DNA from: a virus
DNA length: 64,000 bases
Virus record (IMG/VR): IMGVR_UViG_3300017917_001903
Coordinates: 1-64,000 of that record
Reading direction: 5' to 3' (one strand)
How positions within the stretch are numbered: position 1 is the first letter of the stretch; the number at the start of each line of letters is the position of its first letter. Below are positions 1 through 7,710 of this stretch, in pieces. The position numbers and the translations under genes are program-made. The notes below the pieces were generated by a model that saw nothing but the letters and a program-made list of their open reading frames with translations, was not told where the DNA came from and made no database searches.

Positions 1-309
1 AACCCTACAAACAAGCCGCATAAGAACAATGCACAAAGGCTCGTTTATGTCTAGTCAACAAAACACAAAGTTGTTCTTAATTGAAAGGACTAGAGCACAC
101 AAGCAATAAGAGTTTCGAGCTCTTTGCTGTACGGAGTATGTATAAAACATACAGGTGTGTTGGTTCTCGTCTCTCTCCCAACTCCGGGCAGTTTACTATT
201 TCTAGCACTCTGCCAAAACTTATTAAGAGAATACACTAGCCTGGACCACGCATCGTAGGTATCGGTCATCCCCCTACAGCTAATCACTAATGTATTCACT
301 TAATAAGTC

Positions 310-1165
310 ATCTAACCAAGCCTGAGATTACAGCTTCGAGCGAGTGTCTTTGACTTGTACCCTGTCCCTTGCGAGGAAGGTTGAGCCGTTATCCACTAAG
401 GTCCTTGCGGATCACCTAGTAACACTCAGTGCTGCCTTTTTTGGAGAGTGGCGTTTCTCTCGTCGTATGTTGCTATTCGTCCATCTATCTTCCGCCAGCC
501 TTGCGAGCTGTTCGACTGCGCTAACAGTCTACGTCTTCTATCCGAACAATCACTTCTGCCTTGCGAGCTTCTGTGAACCCAATTCACTTGCGTGTCAGGT
601 ATTAAGCACCTTTCACAACATACCGGAGCAGTCTTTCGCTTTTTGTTACAAACTGGGAATTGAACCCAGATCGACTGTTTAAGAGACAGTTGCATTACCA
701 TTATGCAATTTGCGAACCTACCAAGATGTGCTGCTCCAGTTGCTCCATACCTTGTTAGATACAGAATACAACACACCTCATGCCTTTCCCCTTGCGAGGT
801 ACTAAACGGTTTTTCAAGTCTCCCCTCATCGGTTCAACTATCAAACTAGTACTCGGCCCTTCTGCGCGAACAGTCGAACCCTGTACCTACCTGTTGATCA
901 TCAACATTCACAAGTTTGGTATGTTATAGCTTGGCCACCACAGCCTCTTGGAACTCACCGACTGGCTCTGTTCCTATCCTTTCGGACTATAACACCTGCT
1001 TACTGTCTATCGCCAACCATTACAGTGACGAAGGTTGCTTTCGGATTACTCCGAGTCAACCCTGACCCAGGCTTGCATAAATGGACTCTTGCGAGCGCAG
1101 GTGCGTAGGCTTTCCTGCTTTAGCTACATTGCTGTAGTTACCCTAAGGACGTTATGCCGCCCAAT
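310..1165 (-). ncRNA. GOLLD-like giant structured RNA (~850 nt)
   Basis: No credible ORF; five CTCGCAAG and other GNRA-capped hairpins on the minus strand; own promoter; adjacent to phage tRNAs; size and context fit GOLLD. Ends approximate. Confidence 0.75.
646..715 (-). ncRNA. tRNA-Lys(CTT)-like domain embedded in the giant RNA, no CCA
   Basis: D arm GCAT/ATGC, anticodon arm ACTGT-CTCTTAA-ACAGT, T arm CTGGG-TTCAATT-CCCAG, imperfect acceptor stem. Confidence 0.75.
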
Positions 1166-1171
1166 TTTTAC

Positions 1172-1200
1172 TTTTCAAAGAACGTTGCTAATTTCTTAGC
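1172..1200 (-). promoter_or_regulatory. boxB-like hairpin plus boxA-like antitermination sequence
   Basis: GCTAA-GAAA-TTAGC hairpin followed by AACGTTCTTTGAAAA just after the predicted start site. Confidence 0.6.
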
Positions 1201-1210
1201 TTATGTTATC

Positions 1211-1238
1211 ATTATACACGAATTAAAATGTTTGTCAA
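1211..1238 (-). promoter_or_regulatory. sigma70 promoter of the giant RNA
   Basis: TTGACA-N16-TATAAT. Confidence 0.85.
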
Positions 1239-1272
1239 CTACTTTTTTAATTTTTTTCTACTCTTCATAATA

Positions 1273-1533
1273 TTAATTAAGTTGTCGATTTCTTTTTTGT
1301 TCTACGCTGTCTAAGTCTTCAATCATCTCTAGGTCACGTAAAATAGACTCACGTAAGTCATCGGGGAGATCATCAAAGTCTTCTTCAGTCATTTCCCTTG
1401 AATTTTCAAACAATGACCCGTCTCCGATCATGCCCTGAATCTGCTTTACTAGACTATCAAGCTCTTCCTGGCTACCGTCAAAATTATCAAAGCAGCCTGG
1501 CTGGAATACAATCTTAATTTCTCTGTCGGTCAT
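1273..1533 (-). CDS. acidic hypothetical protein
   Basis: 86-aa ORF between tRNA and promoter. Confidence 0.75.
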   Translation of the reverse strand: MTDREIKIVFQPGCFDNFDGSQEELDSLVKQIQGMIGDGSLFENSREMTEEDFDDLPDDLRESILRDLEMIEDLDSVEQKRNRQLN

Positions 1534-1549
1534 TATTGTCTCTTATGTG

Positions 1550-1626
1550 TGGTGCCCCAGCACGGATTCGAACCGCGGACCTACCGCTTACAAGGCGGTT
1601 GCTCTGGCCAACTGAGCTACTAGGGC
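1550..1626 (-). tRNA. tRNA-Thr(TGT)
   Basis: cloverleaf, encoded CCA. Confidence 0.95.
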
Positions 1627-1637
1627 AAAATTAAATC

Positions 1638-1712
1638 TGGCTCCCCAGGATGGGTTCGAACCACCGACCAGACGATTAACAGTCGTCTGCTCTACCACTG
1701 AGCTACTGGGGA
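1638..1712 (-). tRNA. tRNA-Asn(GTT)
   Basis: cloverleaf, encoded CCA. Confidence 0.95.
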
Positions 1713-1722
1713 ATATTTTTTT

Positions 1723-1750
1723 ATTATACACTAAACAGCTAGTGTGTCAA
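1723..1750 (-). promoter_or_regulatory. sigma70 promoter for tRNA-Asn/Thr
   Basis: TTGACA-N16-TATAAT. Confidence 0.8.
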
Positions 1751-1757
1751 CCTATTA

Positions 1758-3053
1758 TTATTGGCGTGTTGTTTTTATACCGTCTGCTGTAGGGACTGTA
1801 TCAACAACGTCAATGTCTATAACTATGCTTTTTTGTCTTACGTAGTCTGCAAGTGTTGCATAATCTTTAGACGTGATATTTATAAGCGGATTATCTCCGT
1901 TGTCAAAATTAATGAAATAGTTTAAAATGCCTGTGTCTGTTTCTAACATGGTCTTGAAATGACCTGTTAACATTTTTATACCATCTACTCGAATCCAGTT
2001 AGTGTCTAATAGTCGACCAACGTAACGTATTTGATTGTCATGCAAATCAACAATATCACCGGAAGGAAACTGTACACCATTTGGGCGCTCAATTAAAAGC
2101 AAACCACTAGTGGAATTAACACTGTAGCGATAATGATGGTTTATGATATTAAAACGTTTATCGGTTTCTGACAAGTTGTTTATGTACCTAACTGCTAACG
2201 GTGGGCTAGCTTCAGTTAGACCGTAAATGTCAACTACTGTTTGAGCACCACCATCAAACAAATGCTCTAGCAACTTTGGTTTTAAATAATCGCCGCCAGT
2301 TGTAACATACCGTAGTTTGGTACACTTGGGCATTTTATGTGTGTCAACCATAGTGTAAAAAAATTGCGAGTGTGTTGCTTTAAGCATTTCACTTTCCCAA
2401 TTGTCGTGGTTAGCAAAACTTAAAACACTTGCACCAAACACAGCCGGTAATATGGCAGTAGAGTGAACCCCCACGTGACTCATACCATGTGAGAACACAC
2501 AATAGTCATCGGGCCGAATATATTCATCAATAGCAATGCGAATGCTTAGTGCATCGTATCCAACTGAAGTTTTAATTAATCTTGGTTTGCCAGTTGTGCC
2601 GCTGGAAAAACTATATTTGTAGTTATGTTCTCGGAAGGTAATATCTAAGCTATGCGGAACAGCGTATTTTGTTGCAGGATGTTGATCTGCCAATACGATT
2701 CTGTTACTGCCTCGAAAGTCTTCTTCGGGAATTTTGATATCATAACCAACAACAAAAACCTTACCAAAGCCACCAAAGTTAGTTTCAGCTGACTTTACAT
2801 AATCAATAATCGGTAGGTAAGGATCAATCTTAACGTAATCCTTTCCGTAATCGATCAGCGCCAACAGTACAGCAACAGACGAAAAGCTAGTTGATCCTCC
2901 AGCATATACTATGCCAAATGGGTATCCATTATCGTTGTCTGCAATAAACTGTTTCCAATAACCTACTGCCGCCGCTAACTGCTCACGAGTATATTCGCCA
3001 GCTGGGTCTCGGATAATTAAATTTTTACTTACTTTTAGAACTATATCTTCCAC
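1758..3053 (-). CDS. AMP-binding (acyl-CoA synthetase/ANL family) protein
   Basis: SSGTTGKPR P-loop, YGLTE and SGD motifs. Confidence 0.8.
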   Translation of the reverse strand: MEDIVLKVSKNLIIRDPAGEYTREQLAAAVGYWKQFIADNDNGYPFGIVYAGGSTSFSSVAVLLALIDYGKDYVKIDPYLPIIDYVKSAETNFGGFGKVFVVGYDIKIPEEDFRGSNRIVLADQHPATKYAVPHSLDITFREHNYKYSFSSGTTGKPRLIKTSVGYDALSIRIAIDEYIRPDDYCVFSHGMSHVGVHSTAILPAVFGASVLSFANHDNWESEMLKATHSQFFYTMVDTHKMPKCTKLRYVTTGGDYLKPKLLEHLFDGGAQTVVDIYGLTEASPPLAVRYINNLSETDKRFNIINHHYRYSVNSTSGLLLIERPNGVQFPSGDIVDLHDNQIRYVGRLLDTNWIRVDGIKMLTGHFKTMLETDTGILNYFINFDNGDNPLINITSKDYATLADYVRQKSIVIDIDVVDTVPTADGIKTTRQ

Positions 3054-3240
3054 GTGACGCTAACCTTGCTAATGCTATTGTTTTTCTATATGAGTACGAA
3101 GTAAACACATTGGGAAAAACTGCATGCATGAGGCTAGCAATACCAGCTTTAATAAGCACTATGCCGGCGCCAGCAGCAAATTTAAAATGCTGTCTATAGG
3201 AAGTTTGTTTTTCTTTGATGTGTTTGAACATAGCAAACAC
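3025..3240 (-). CDS. small conserved protein (DUF6356-like)
   Basis: SYRQHFKFA...HAVFP pattern. Confidence 0.6.
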   Translation of the reverse strand: MFAMFKHIKEKQTSYRQHFKFAAGAGIVLIKAGIASLMHAVFPNVFTSYSYRKTIALARLASRGRYSSKSK

Positions 3241-3256
3241 TATTTATATTCAGAGA

Positions 3257-3330
3257 TGGCTGGCCCTCAAGGATTCGAACCTCGGCTGCCGGAATCAAAA
3301 TCCGGTGTCCTACCACTAGACGAAGGGCCA
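3257..3330 (-). tRNA. tRNA-Gln(TTG)
   Basis: cloverleaf, encoded CCA. Confidence 0.95.
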
Positions 3331-3335
3331 ATAAA

Positions 3336-3695
3336 TTATTTTGCTAAACTATGCTTGACGGGTTTACCGTCTTCATCGAGACACACAAAAACCATTTCGT
3401 CAATTTCAACTATGATGTTTTGTGTGGTTAAGTCTCGTACTTTTACTTCAATTGTTATGCTGGTGTTGCCAACTTTCTTAAGGGCTATACCAATTTCAAC
3501 AATATCACCTTGGCGTGCTGGTGCAACAAACTCAATTGCAGAAATGCTTTTTGTTACTACTTTTTTATGGCGTGCTTCGATGGCTGCATATATAACAGCT
3601 TCTTCATCTACCCACTGTAATAGCCTACCGCCAAATAGTGTGTTGTTAGCATTTAGGTCTTCGGGCTTTACTAATTTTCTCGTTAAAAACCGCAT
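3336..3695 (-). CDS. acyl-CoA thioesterase (hotdog fold, YciA-like)
   Basis: DLNANNTLFGGRLLQWVDE motif. Confidence 0.85.
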   Translation of the reverse strand: MRFLTRKLVKPEDLNANNTLFGGRLLQWVDEEAVIYAAIEARHKKVVTKSISAIEFVAPARQGDIVEIGIALKKVGNTSITIEVKVRDLTTQNIIVEIDEMVFVCLDEDGKPVKHSLAK

Positions 3696-3720
3696 GCATT
3701 ATGTTACCTCTTATTGTGTA

Positions 3721-3797
3721 TGGCGACCCGTAGGGGACTTGAACCCCTGGCCTCATGCGTGACAGGCATGCGATCTAACCAACTGATCTAACGGGCC
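3721..3797 (-). tRNA. tRNA-Asp(GTC)
   Basis: cloverleaf, encoded CCA. Confidence 0.95.
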
Positions 3798-3802
3798 ATG
3801 AA

Positions 3803-4016
3803 ACTTGTTAGGTGTGCTGCTACTAGTCCCCACTGGCCCAGCACTGAGTTGTTACCCTGTCCACAAGTGCATTTCTAGGTCGGCACTTGAACGCCCGCGC
3901 AATGTTATCGAGTCACCCATGTTAAGCGGGTCTCTGCGGCAGATTGCTTCGCCGGTATCTTTATGGCATGATACGTCTGCCCACTTTCGTTACGCCCAAA
4001 GTGTAATGCGGGGTTC
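3803..4016 (-). ncRNA. unassigned structured RNA between tRNA-Ser and tRNA-Asp
   Basis: GC-rich, several hairpins (CAAGTGC/GCACTTG, GTGCTG/CAGCAC, GGCAGA/TCTGCC), no credible ORF. Confidence 0.5.
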
Positions 4017-4109
4017 TGGCGGTGAGGGTGGGATTCGAACCCACGGTACGCCTATTAAGCGTACGACGGTTTAGCAAACCGCTCCTTTCGGCCTCTCAGG
4101 CACCTCACC
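4017..4109 (-). tRNA. tRNA-Ser(GCT)
   Basis: cloverleaf with long variable arm, CCA. Confidence 0.95.
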
Positions 4110-4739
4110 AACTAACTCATCTACAAACTGCAATAATAATTTATGATGTGCGGCATAATGCCAACTCTTTTTTAGATATTTTTTATTATACCAAAACTCT
4201 TCGCTTTCAGGATGACATCCTATTAGACCTATGTTACCTTGTATGATTGCCATTGGGTCGCTGTTAGCATAACTAGCAATAGTTTTATAACTACCAGAAC
4301 CAACAAATGTACAACCATCGTAAAAATACATAGGCATATATTGACCTTGCCAATTAACATTAGCTACAGTTGGGAAGCTTCTGCGTACATCGGCATTAGT
4401 TTGTTTAATATACTGCACTACTTGTATATTGTCAAGTATATCAAAATACCAATGCCCGGACCAATAGGCTCCCATGCATATGCCAAGATACTTTCCACCG
4501 CTGGTTACATAGTCTGCTATTTTATTTGATAACCTACGTGTAAAAAAATTATGGAAAGAATCGCTGTCGCCAATGCCGCCCGGAAACGCAACCGCGTCAA
4601 ACACTGCGAGATCCAAGTTAGTTAAATCTAACTCATTAAACGATATCAGTTGATATTTAGAAGATAATGCTGTAGTCATGCCCGATATACACTCTTTAGA
4701 GCATTCGGGGTGTCTTAAAAATACAGCGATCTTCTTCAT
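4071..4739 (-). CDS. class I glutamine amidotransferase-like (BPL_N-type) protein
   Basis: FPGGIGD, YLGICMGAY, GCHPE motifs; start moved to MKKIAVF. Confidence 0.8.
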   Translation of the reverse strand: MKKIAVFLRHPECSKECISGMTTALSSKYQLISFNELDLTNLDLAVFDAVAFPGGIGDSDSFHNFFTRRLSNKIADYVTSGGKYLGICMGAYWSGHWYFDILDNIQVVQYIKQTNADVRRSFPTVANVNWQGQYMPMYFYDGCTFVGSGSYKTIASYANSDPMAIIQGNIGLIGCHPESEEFWYNKKYLKKSWHYAAHHKLLLQFVDELVGEVPERPKGAVC

Positions 4740-4758
4740 TATGTACCAGCTGACAAAT

Positions 4759-4833
4759 TGGCATACCCTCAAGGATTCGAACCTCGACCAGCGGTTTTGG
4801 AGACCGTTATGCTGCCGTTAACACCAAGGGTAC
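4759..4833 (-). tRNA. tRNA-Trp(CCA)
   Basis: cloverleaf, encoded CCA. Confidence 0.9.
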
Positions 4834-4837
4834 AAAC

Positions 4838-4912
4838 TGGTGCGGGATGAGAGGGTCGAACTCCCGACATTCGCCGTGTAAAGGCGCTACTCTACCACTG
4901 AGTTAATCCCGC
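4838..4912 (-). tRNA. tRNA-Val(TAC)
   Basis: cloverleaf, encoded CCA. Confidence 0.95.
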
Positions 4913-4955
4913 ATAATATTACTTATGCTTAAACTTTCTATGTGCCATTAATGAA

Positions 4956-5033
4956 TGGCCGGCCCTGAGAGACTCGAACTCCCGACCTTACGGTTCGTAG
5001 CCGTATGCTCTAATCCAACTGAGCTAAGGGCCG
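4956..5033 (-). tRNA. tRNA-Arg(ACG)
   Basis: cloverleaf, encoded CCA. Confidence 0.95.
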
Positions 5034-5034
5034 C

Positions 5035-5111
5035 TGGGGTGAAGGACGGGACTCGAACCCGCGACAACCGGTACCACAAACCGGGGCTCTACCAACTGAG
5101 CTACCGACACC
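5035..5111 (-). tRNA. tRNA-His(GTG) with G-1:C73
   Basis: cloverleaf; two acceptor-stem mismatches. Confidence 0.9.
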
Positions 5112-5117
5112 ATAATT

Positions 5118-5193
5118 TGGTAGCAACGGGCAGATTCGAACTGCCGACAGGCGGCGTATGAGACCGCTGCTCTACCAACTGAGCTACGTTGCT
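5118..5193 (-). tRNA. tRNA-Met(CAT), probably elongator
   Basis: cloverleaf, paired 1:72. Confidence 0.85.
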
Positions 5194-5608
5194 AAATTTT
5201 TGCTTTACTAACTAAATCTTTGTAACCTCGCCAGCTAGGATGAATCTTATCTGGCTGTACATATGGTGTGCTAATAACATCATCGTTATATAGTGTAGCC
5301 ATATGTTCGACTACTGCATTTACTTTAGGCTTACAAAATCCTTTGTTGCATGGAGGCATAATCCAAACCACACGCATTGACTTAATACGATAACGAATCT
5401 TGTATAATTCCTTAAAAGTATTAACGCCAGGATGATCATTTGTGCCAAGACTAATAACAACAGTCTTAGCTTCTAGCGGAGTCTTGCCCCACTTACGATT
5501 CCATTGCCAAGTATTATATCCACCTTTGGAATATGACACACATTCCTTAGGGGCAAACATCTTAGTACCAACGGCGATTGAATCGCCCATAATCAAACAT
5601 TCTAACAT
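5192..5608 (-). CDS. SGNH/GDSL hydrolase-like protein
   Basis: GDSI, LGTND, DKIHP blocks. Confidence 0.8.
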   Translation of the reverse strand: MLECLIMGDSIAVGTKMFAPKECVSYSKGGYNTWQWNRKWGKTPLEAKTVVISLGTNDHPGVNTFKELYKIRYRIKSMRVVWIMPPCNKGFCKPKVNAVVEHMATLYNDDVISTPYVQPDKIHPSWRGYKDLVSKAKI

Positions 5609-5626
5609 ACTGCTCTCTTTCTAACC

Positions 5627-5701
5627 TGGTGCTCCCGGAAGGATTCGAACCTCCAACCTAACCGTTATGAGCGGTCAGCTCTACCATTGAGCTACAAGAG
5701 C
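5627..5701 (-). tRNA. tRNA(CAT), Ile2 or Met
   Basis: cloverleaf, CTCATAA loop. Confidence 0.85.
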
Positions 5702-5721
5702 TAACCAGGTAACTGGCGTTC

Positions 5722-5834
5722 TGGCGTTCCTTGTGGACTTGCACCACTGTACACCAAGGACAGGTTTGCAGAGCAGGTCATTAGCCTGTTACAGTGACCA
5801 GAGAGATCCTTGTGCCACCCTTTATGGAGGAACA
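5722..5834 (-). ncRNA. tRNA-like RNA with expanded anticodon domain
   Basis: acceptor GTTCCT/AGGAAC-GCCA, T-like arm GTGG-TGCAAGT-CCAC, D-like hairpin, large domain replacing the anticodon arm. Confidence 0.6.
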
Positions 5835-5840
5835 TAAACT

Positions 5841-5916
5841 TGGTGGACTGTGTAGGGATCGAACCTACGACTTACTGATTAAGAGTCAGCTACTCTACCT
5901 ACTGAGTTAACAGTCC
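5841..5916 (-). tRNA. tRNA-Lys(CTT)
   Basis: cloverleaf, encoded CCA. Confidence 0.95.
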
Positions 5917-5922
5917 TAAAAA

Positions 5923-5998
5923 TGGTGGACCCTCCGGGGCTCGAACCCGGGACCAATAGATTAAAAGTCTACTGCTCTACCTACTGAGCTAAAGGTCC
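5923..5998 (-). tRNA. tRNA-Lys(TTT)
   Basis: cloverleaf, encoded CCA. Confidence 0.95.
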
Positions 5999-6005
5999 GT
6001 TAACT

Positions 6006-6200
6006 TTAATTTCCGTCTACATATTCGCCGGCTGCGTCCCACGCTTCATCTTCGGTGTTGTAGATCTTCTGCAAACGAACTTCGTTGCCTTCGCAAAACT
6101 TTACACGCCAAACCCAGCGCCACAGTGCCGCGGGTTCAACCAAGCATTCTGTTGCGACGTCTTTTTCAATCATTGCTGAACGCATTTGCATCACCCCCAT
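6006..6200 (-). CDS. hypothetical protein
   Basis: start overlaps upstream stop (TAATG). Confidence 0.6.
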   Translation of the reverse strand: MGVMQMRSAMIEKDVATECLVEPAALWRWVWRVKFCEGNEVRLQKIYNTEDEAWDAAGEYVDGN

Positions 6201-6418
6201 TACATCCATGCACTTCGTAGAGCCTGGCGCTCCCAACCATAACCATCTGCATCAGGATCCTCATCGTCGTAGATGGGAAAGTCATCTGGTGCAATGTCGT
6301 TATACTTTTCCATAGCTAGCTCTTCTTCAAGGCTAGCCTTCTGCCACGCATAGTATTCATCACCTCGCGGAGTCATAAACTTCTGCATACCAATATCGTT
6401 AAGAACCGGATCAAACAT
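6200..6418 (-). CDS. hypothetical protein
   Basis: AAGGA RBS before MFDPVLND. Confidence 0.65.
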   Translation of the reverse strand: MFDPVLNDIGMQKFMTPRGDEYYAWQKASLEEELAMEKYNDIAPDDFPIYDDEDPDADGYGWERQALRSAWM

Positions 6419-6428
6419 CTGTTGTTCC

Positions 6429-6602
6429 TTAGTCAAAGAAGTTACCCTTAGCCCAATAGTAATCTCGGATCGAACTGTTTGCGACCCAAGCACCTTGCGG
6501 TAGAGGACCAAACAGCTTATTAGCTTTGTCCATTGCTTCAAGCATACGATTAGCTTCAACTTCAATCCGCTTACCGGCGGCACTAAACGAATAAGTAATC
6601 AT
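6429..6602 (-). CDS. 57-aa hypothetical protein, not in ORF track
   Basis: MITYSFSAAGKRIEVEAN..., coupled to upstream stop. Confidence 0.6.
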   Translation of the reverse strand: MITYSFSAAGKRIEVEANRMLEAMDKANKLFGPLPQGAWVANSSIRDYYWAKGNFFD

Positions 6603-6764
6603 TACATCACCTCGCTGGGCTGAAGAAGATAACCATCACTGTCTTCTCGAATGATCTGTATTACCGGGATCAACGCAACTGCAAGAGCAAACAAAAACAT
6701 CTAACTACTCCCTACTGCCTACATTTTAACAATAGCAGGTTTTGGAGATAAGTCAACCAAAAAA

Positions 6765-6971
6765 TTAGTCGTACGGTACGTTTTTATCTTGCTTACGTCC
6801 CATGTAGTGATCGTCACTTACACAAACCATTTGCGTAGTCCAGCTACGCACAGGAGGACGAATATAATCCATTGCAATATAACATTGAGCTTCATCTGCG
6901 TAAGCAATTTCACGCTTGCCCATAAACTCACCGTTGGGTGCAATAAAGAAAATAATTAACCAAAACTTCAT
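6765..6971 (-). CDS. small Cys-pair protein, paralog of next gene
   Basis: MKFWLIIFF...QC...CVSDD. Confidence 0.7.
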   Translation of the reverse strand: MKFWLIIFFIAPNGEFMGKREIAYADEAQCYIAMDYIRPPVRSWTTQMVCVSDDHYMGRKQDKNVPYD

Positions 6972-7168
6972 TAACCGCGATCCTGTTCCAAGCGATACTG
7001 TTCGTCGCTTACACAATGAAATTGTGCCTGCATCTGCGTATTGATAATAGTTCGAGTGTAATCGCCCGCAAACTTTTCGCACTGTTCAATGCCGGCAGTT
7101 TCGTAAATGTCTTTGGCTTGAAACTGACCGTTGACATCAAACAGGTAAACAATCAACCAATACGTCAT
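6971..7168 (-). CDS. small Cys-pair protein, paralog of previous gene
   Basis: MTYWLIVYLF...QC...CVSDE. Confidence 0.7.
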   Translation of the reverse strand: MTYWLIVYLFDVNGQFQAKDIYETAGIEQCEKFAGDYTRTIINTQMQAQFHCVSDEQYRLEQDRG

Positions 7169-7243
7169 AAAAATACAAGTCCGTTTTATCAACTTATATC
7201 TTGTTATAGCACACGTTGAGTATGTGTCAACCATAATATTGAA

Positions 7244-7439
7244 TTTGTTAAGTGCCAGCCACCACATACATTGACTGCATTATTCACAAATTATGGGCCC
7301 TGTGATTTTGAGCTTGCGCTCTTAGGGTACGTTAGTGATAGAAACTACTTGACCGTTGCTAGTTTTACCTCACTTGCGGAGTCGCCTCACCACTGTGTGC
7401 CCACAGTCGGTTTTCGTTACATCTAACACACTTAACAAA
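7244..7439 (-). ncRNA. stem-enclosed structured RNA 3' of tRNA-Ser(TGA)
   Basis: 11-bp terminal inverted repeat TTTGTTAAGTG/CACTTAACAAA, internal GNRA hairpins. Confidence 0.55.
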
Positions 7440-7442
7440 ACT

Positions 7443-7532
7443 TGGCGGAAGCGGTGAGATTCGAACTCACGGTCCCTTGCGGAACGTCGGTTTTCAAGAC
7501 CGGTGCAATAAACCAGACTCTGCCACACTTCC
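7443..7532 (-). tRNA. tRNA-Ser(TGA)
   Basis: cloverleaf with variable arm, CCA. Confidence 0.95.
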
Positions 7533-7539
7533 AATATGC

Positions 7540-7615
7540 TGGTGCCGAAGACCGGGATCGAACCAGTGACACGCGGATTTTCAATCCGCTGCTCTACCAA
7601 CTGAGCTACTACGGC
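7540..7615 (-). tRNA. tRNA-Phe(GAA)
   Basis: cloverleaf, encoded CCA. Confidence 0.95.
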
Positions 7616-7625
7616 ATTTAAGAAA

Positions 7626-7703
7626 TGGTCGGGGTAGCAGGATTCGAACCTGCGACCTCCTGCTCCCAAAGCAGGCCGTCTAACCAGACTGACGTACACC
7701 CCG
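7626..7703 (-). tRNA. tRNA-Pro(TGG)
   Basis: cloverleaf, encoded CCA. Confidence 0.95.
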
Positions 7704-7710
7704 ACAAAGA

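Noticed and set aside
90-776. ORFs 90-299, 344-682 and 426-776
   Set aside because: No RBS or protein-like features; they overlap the giant structured RNA and its trailer.
310-1165. rRNA fragment or group I/II intron
   Set aside because: No universal rRNA motifs recognised, no interrupted host gene, and it has its own promoter.
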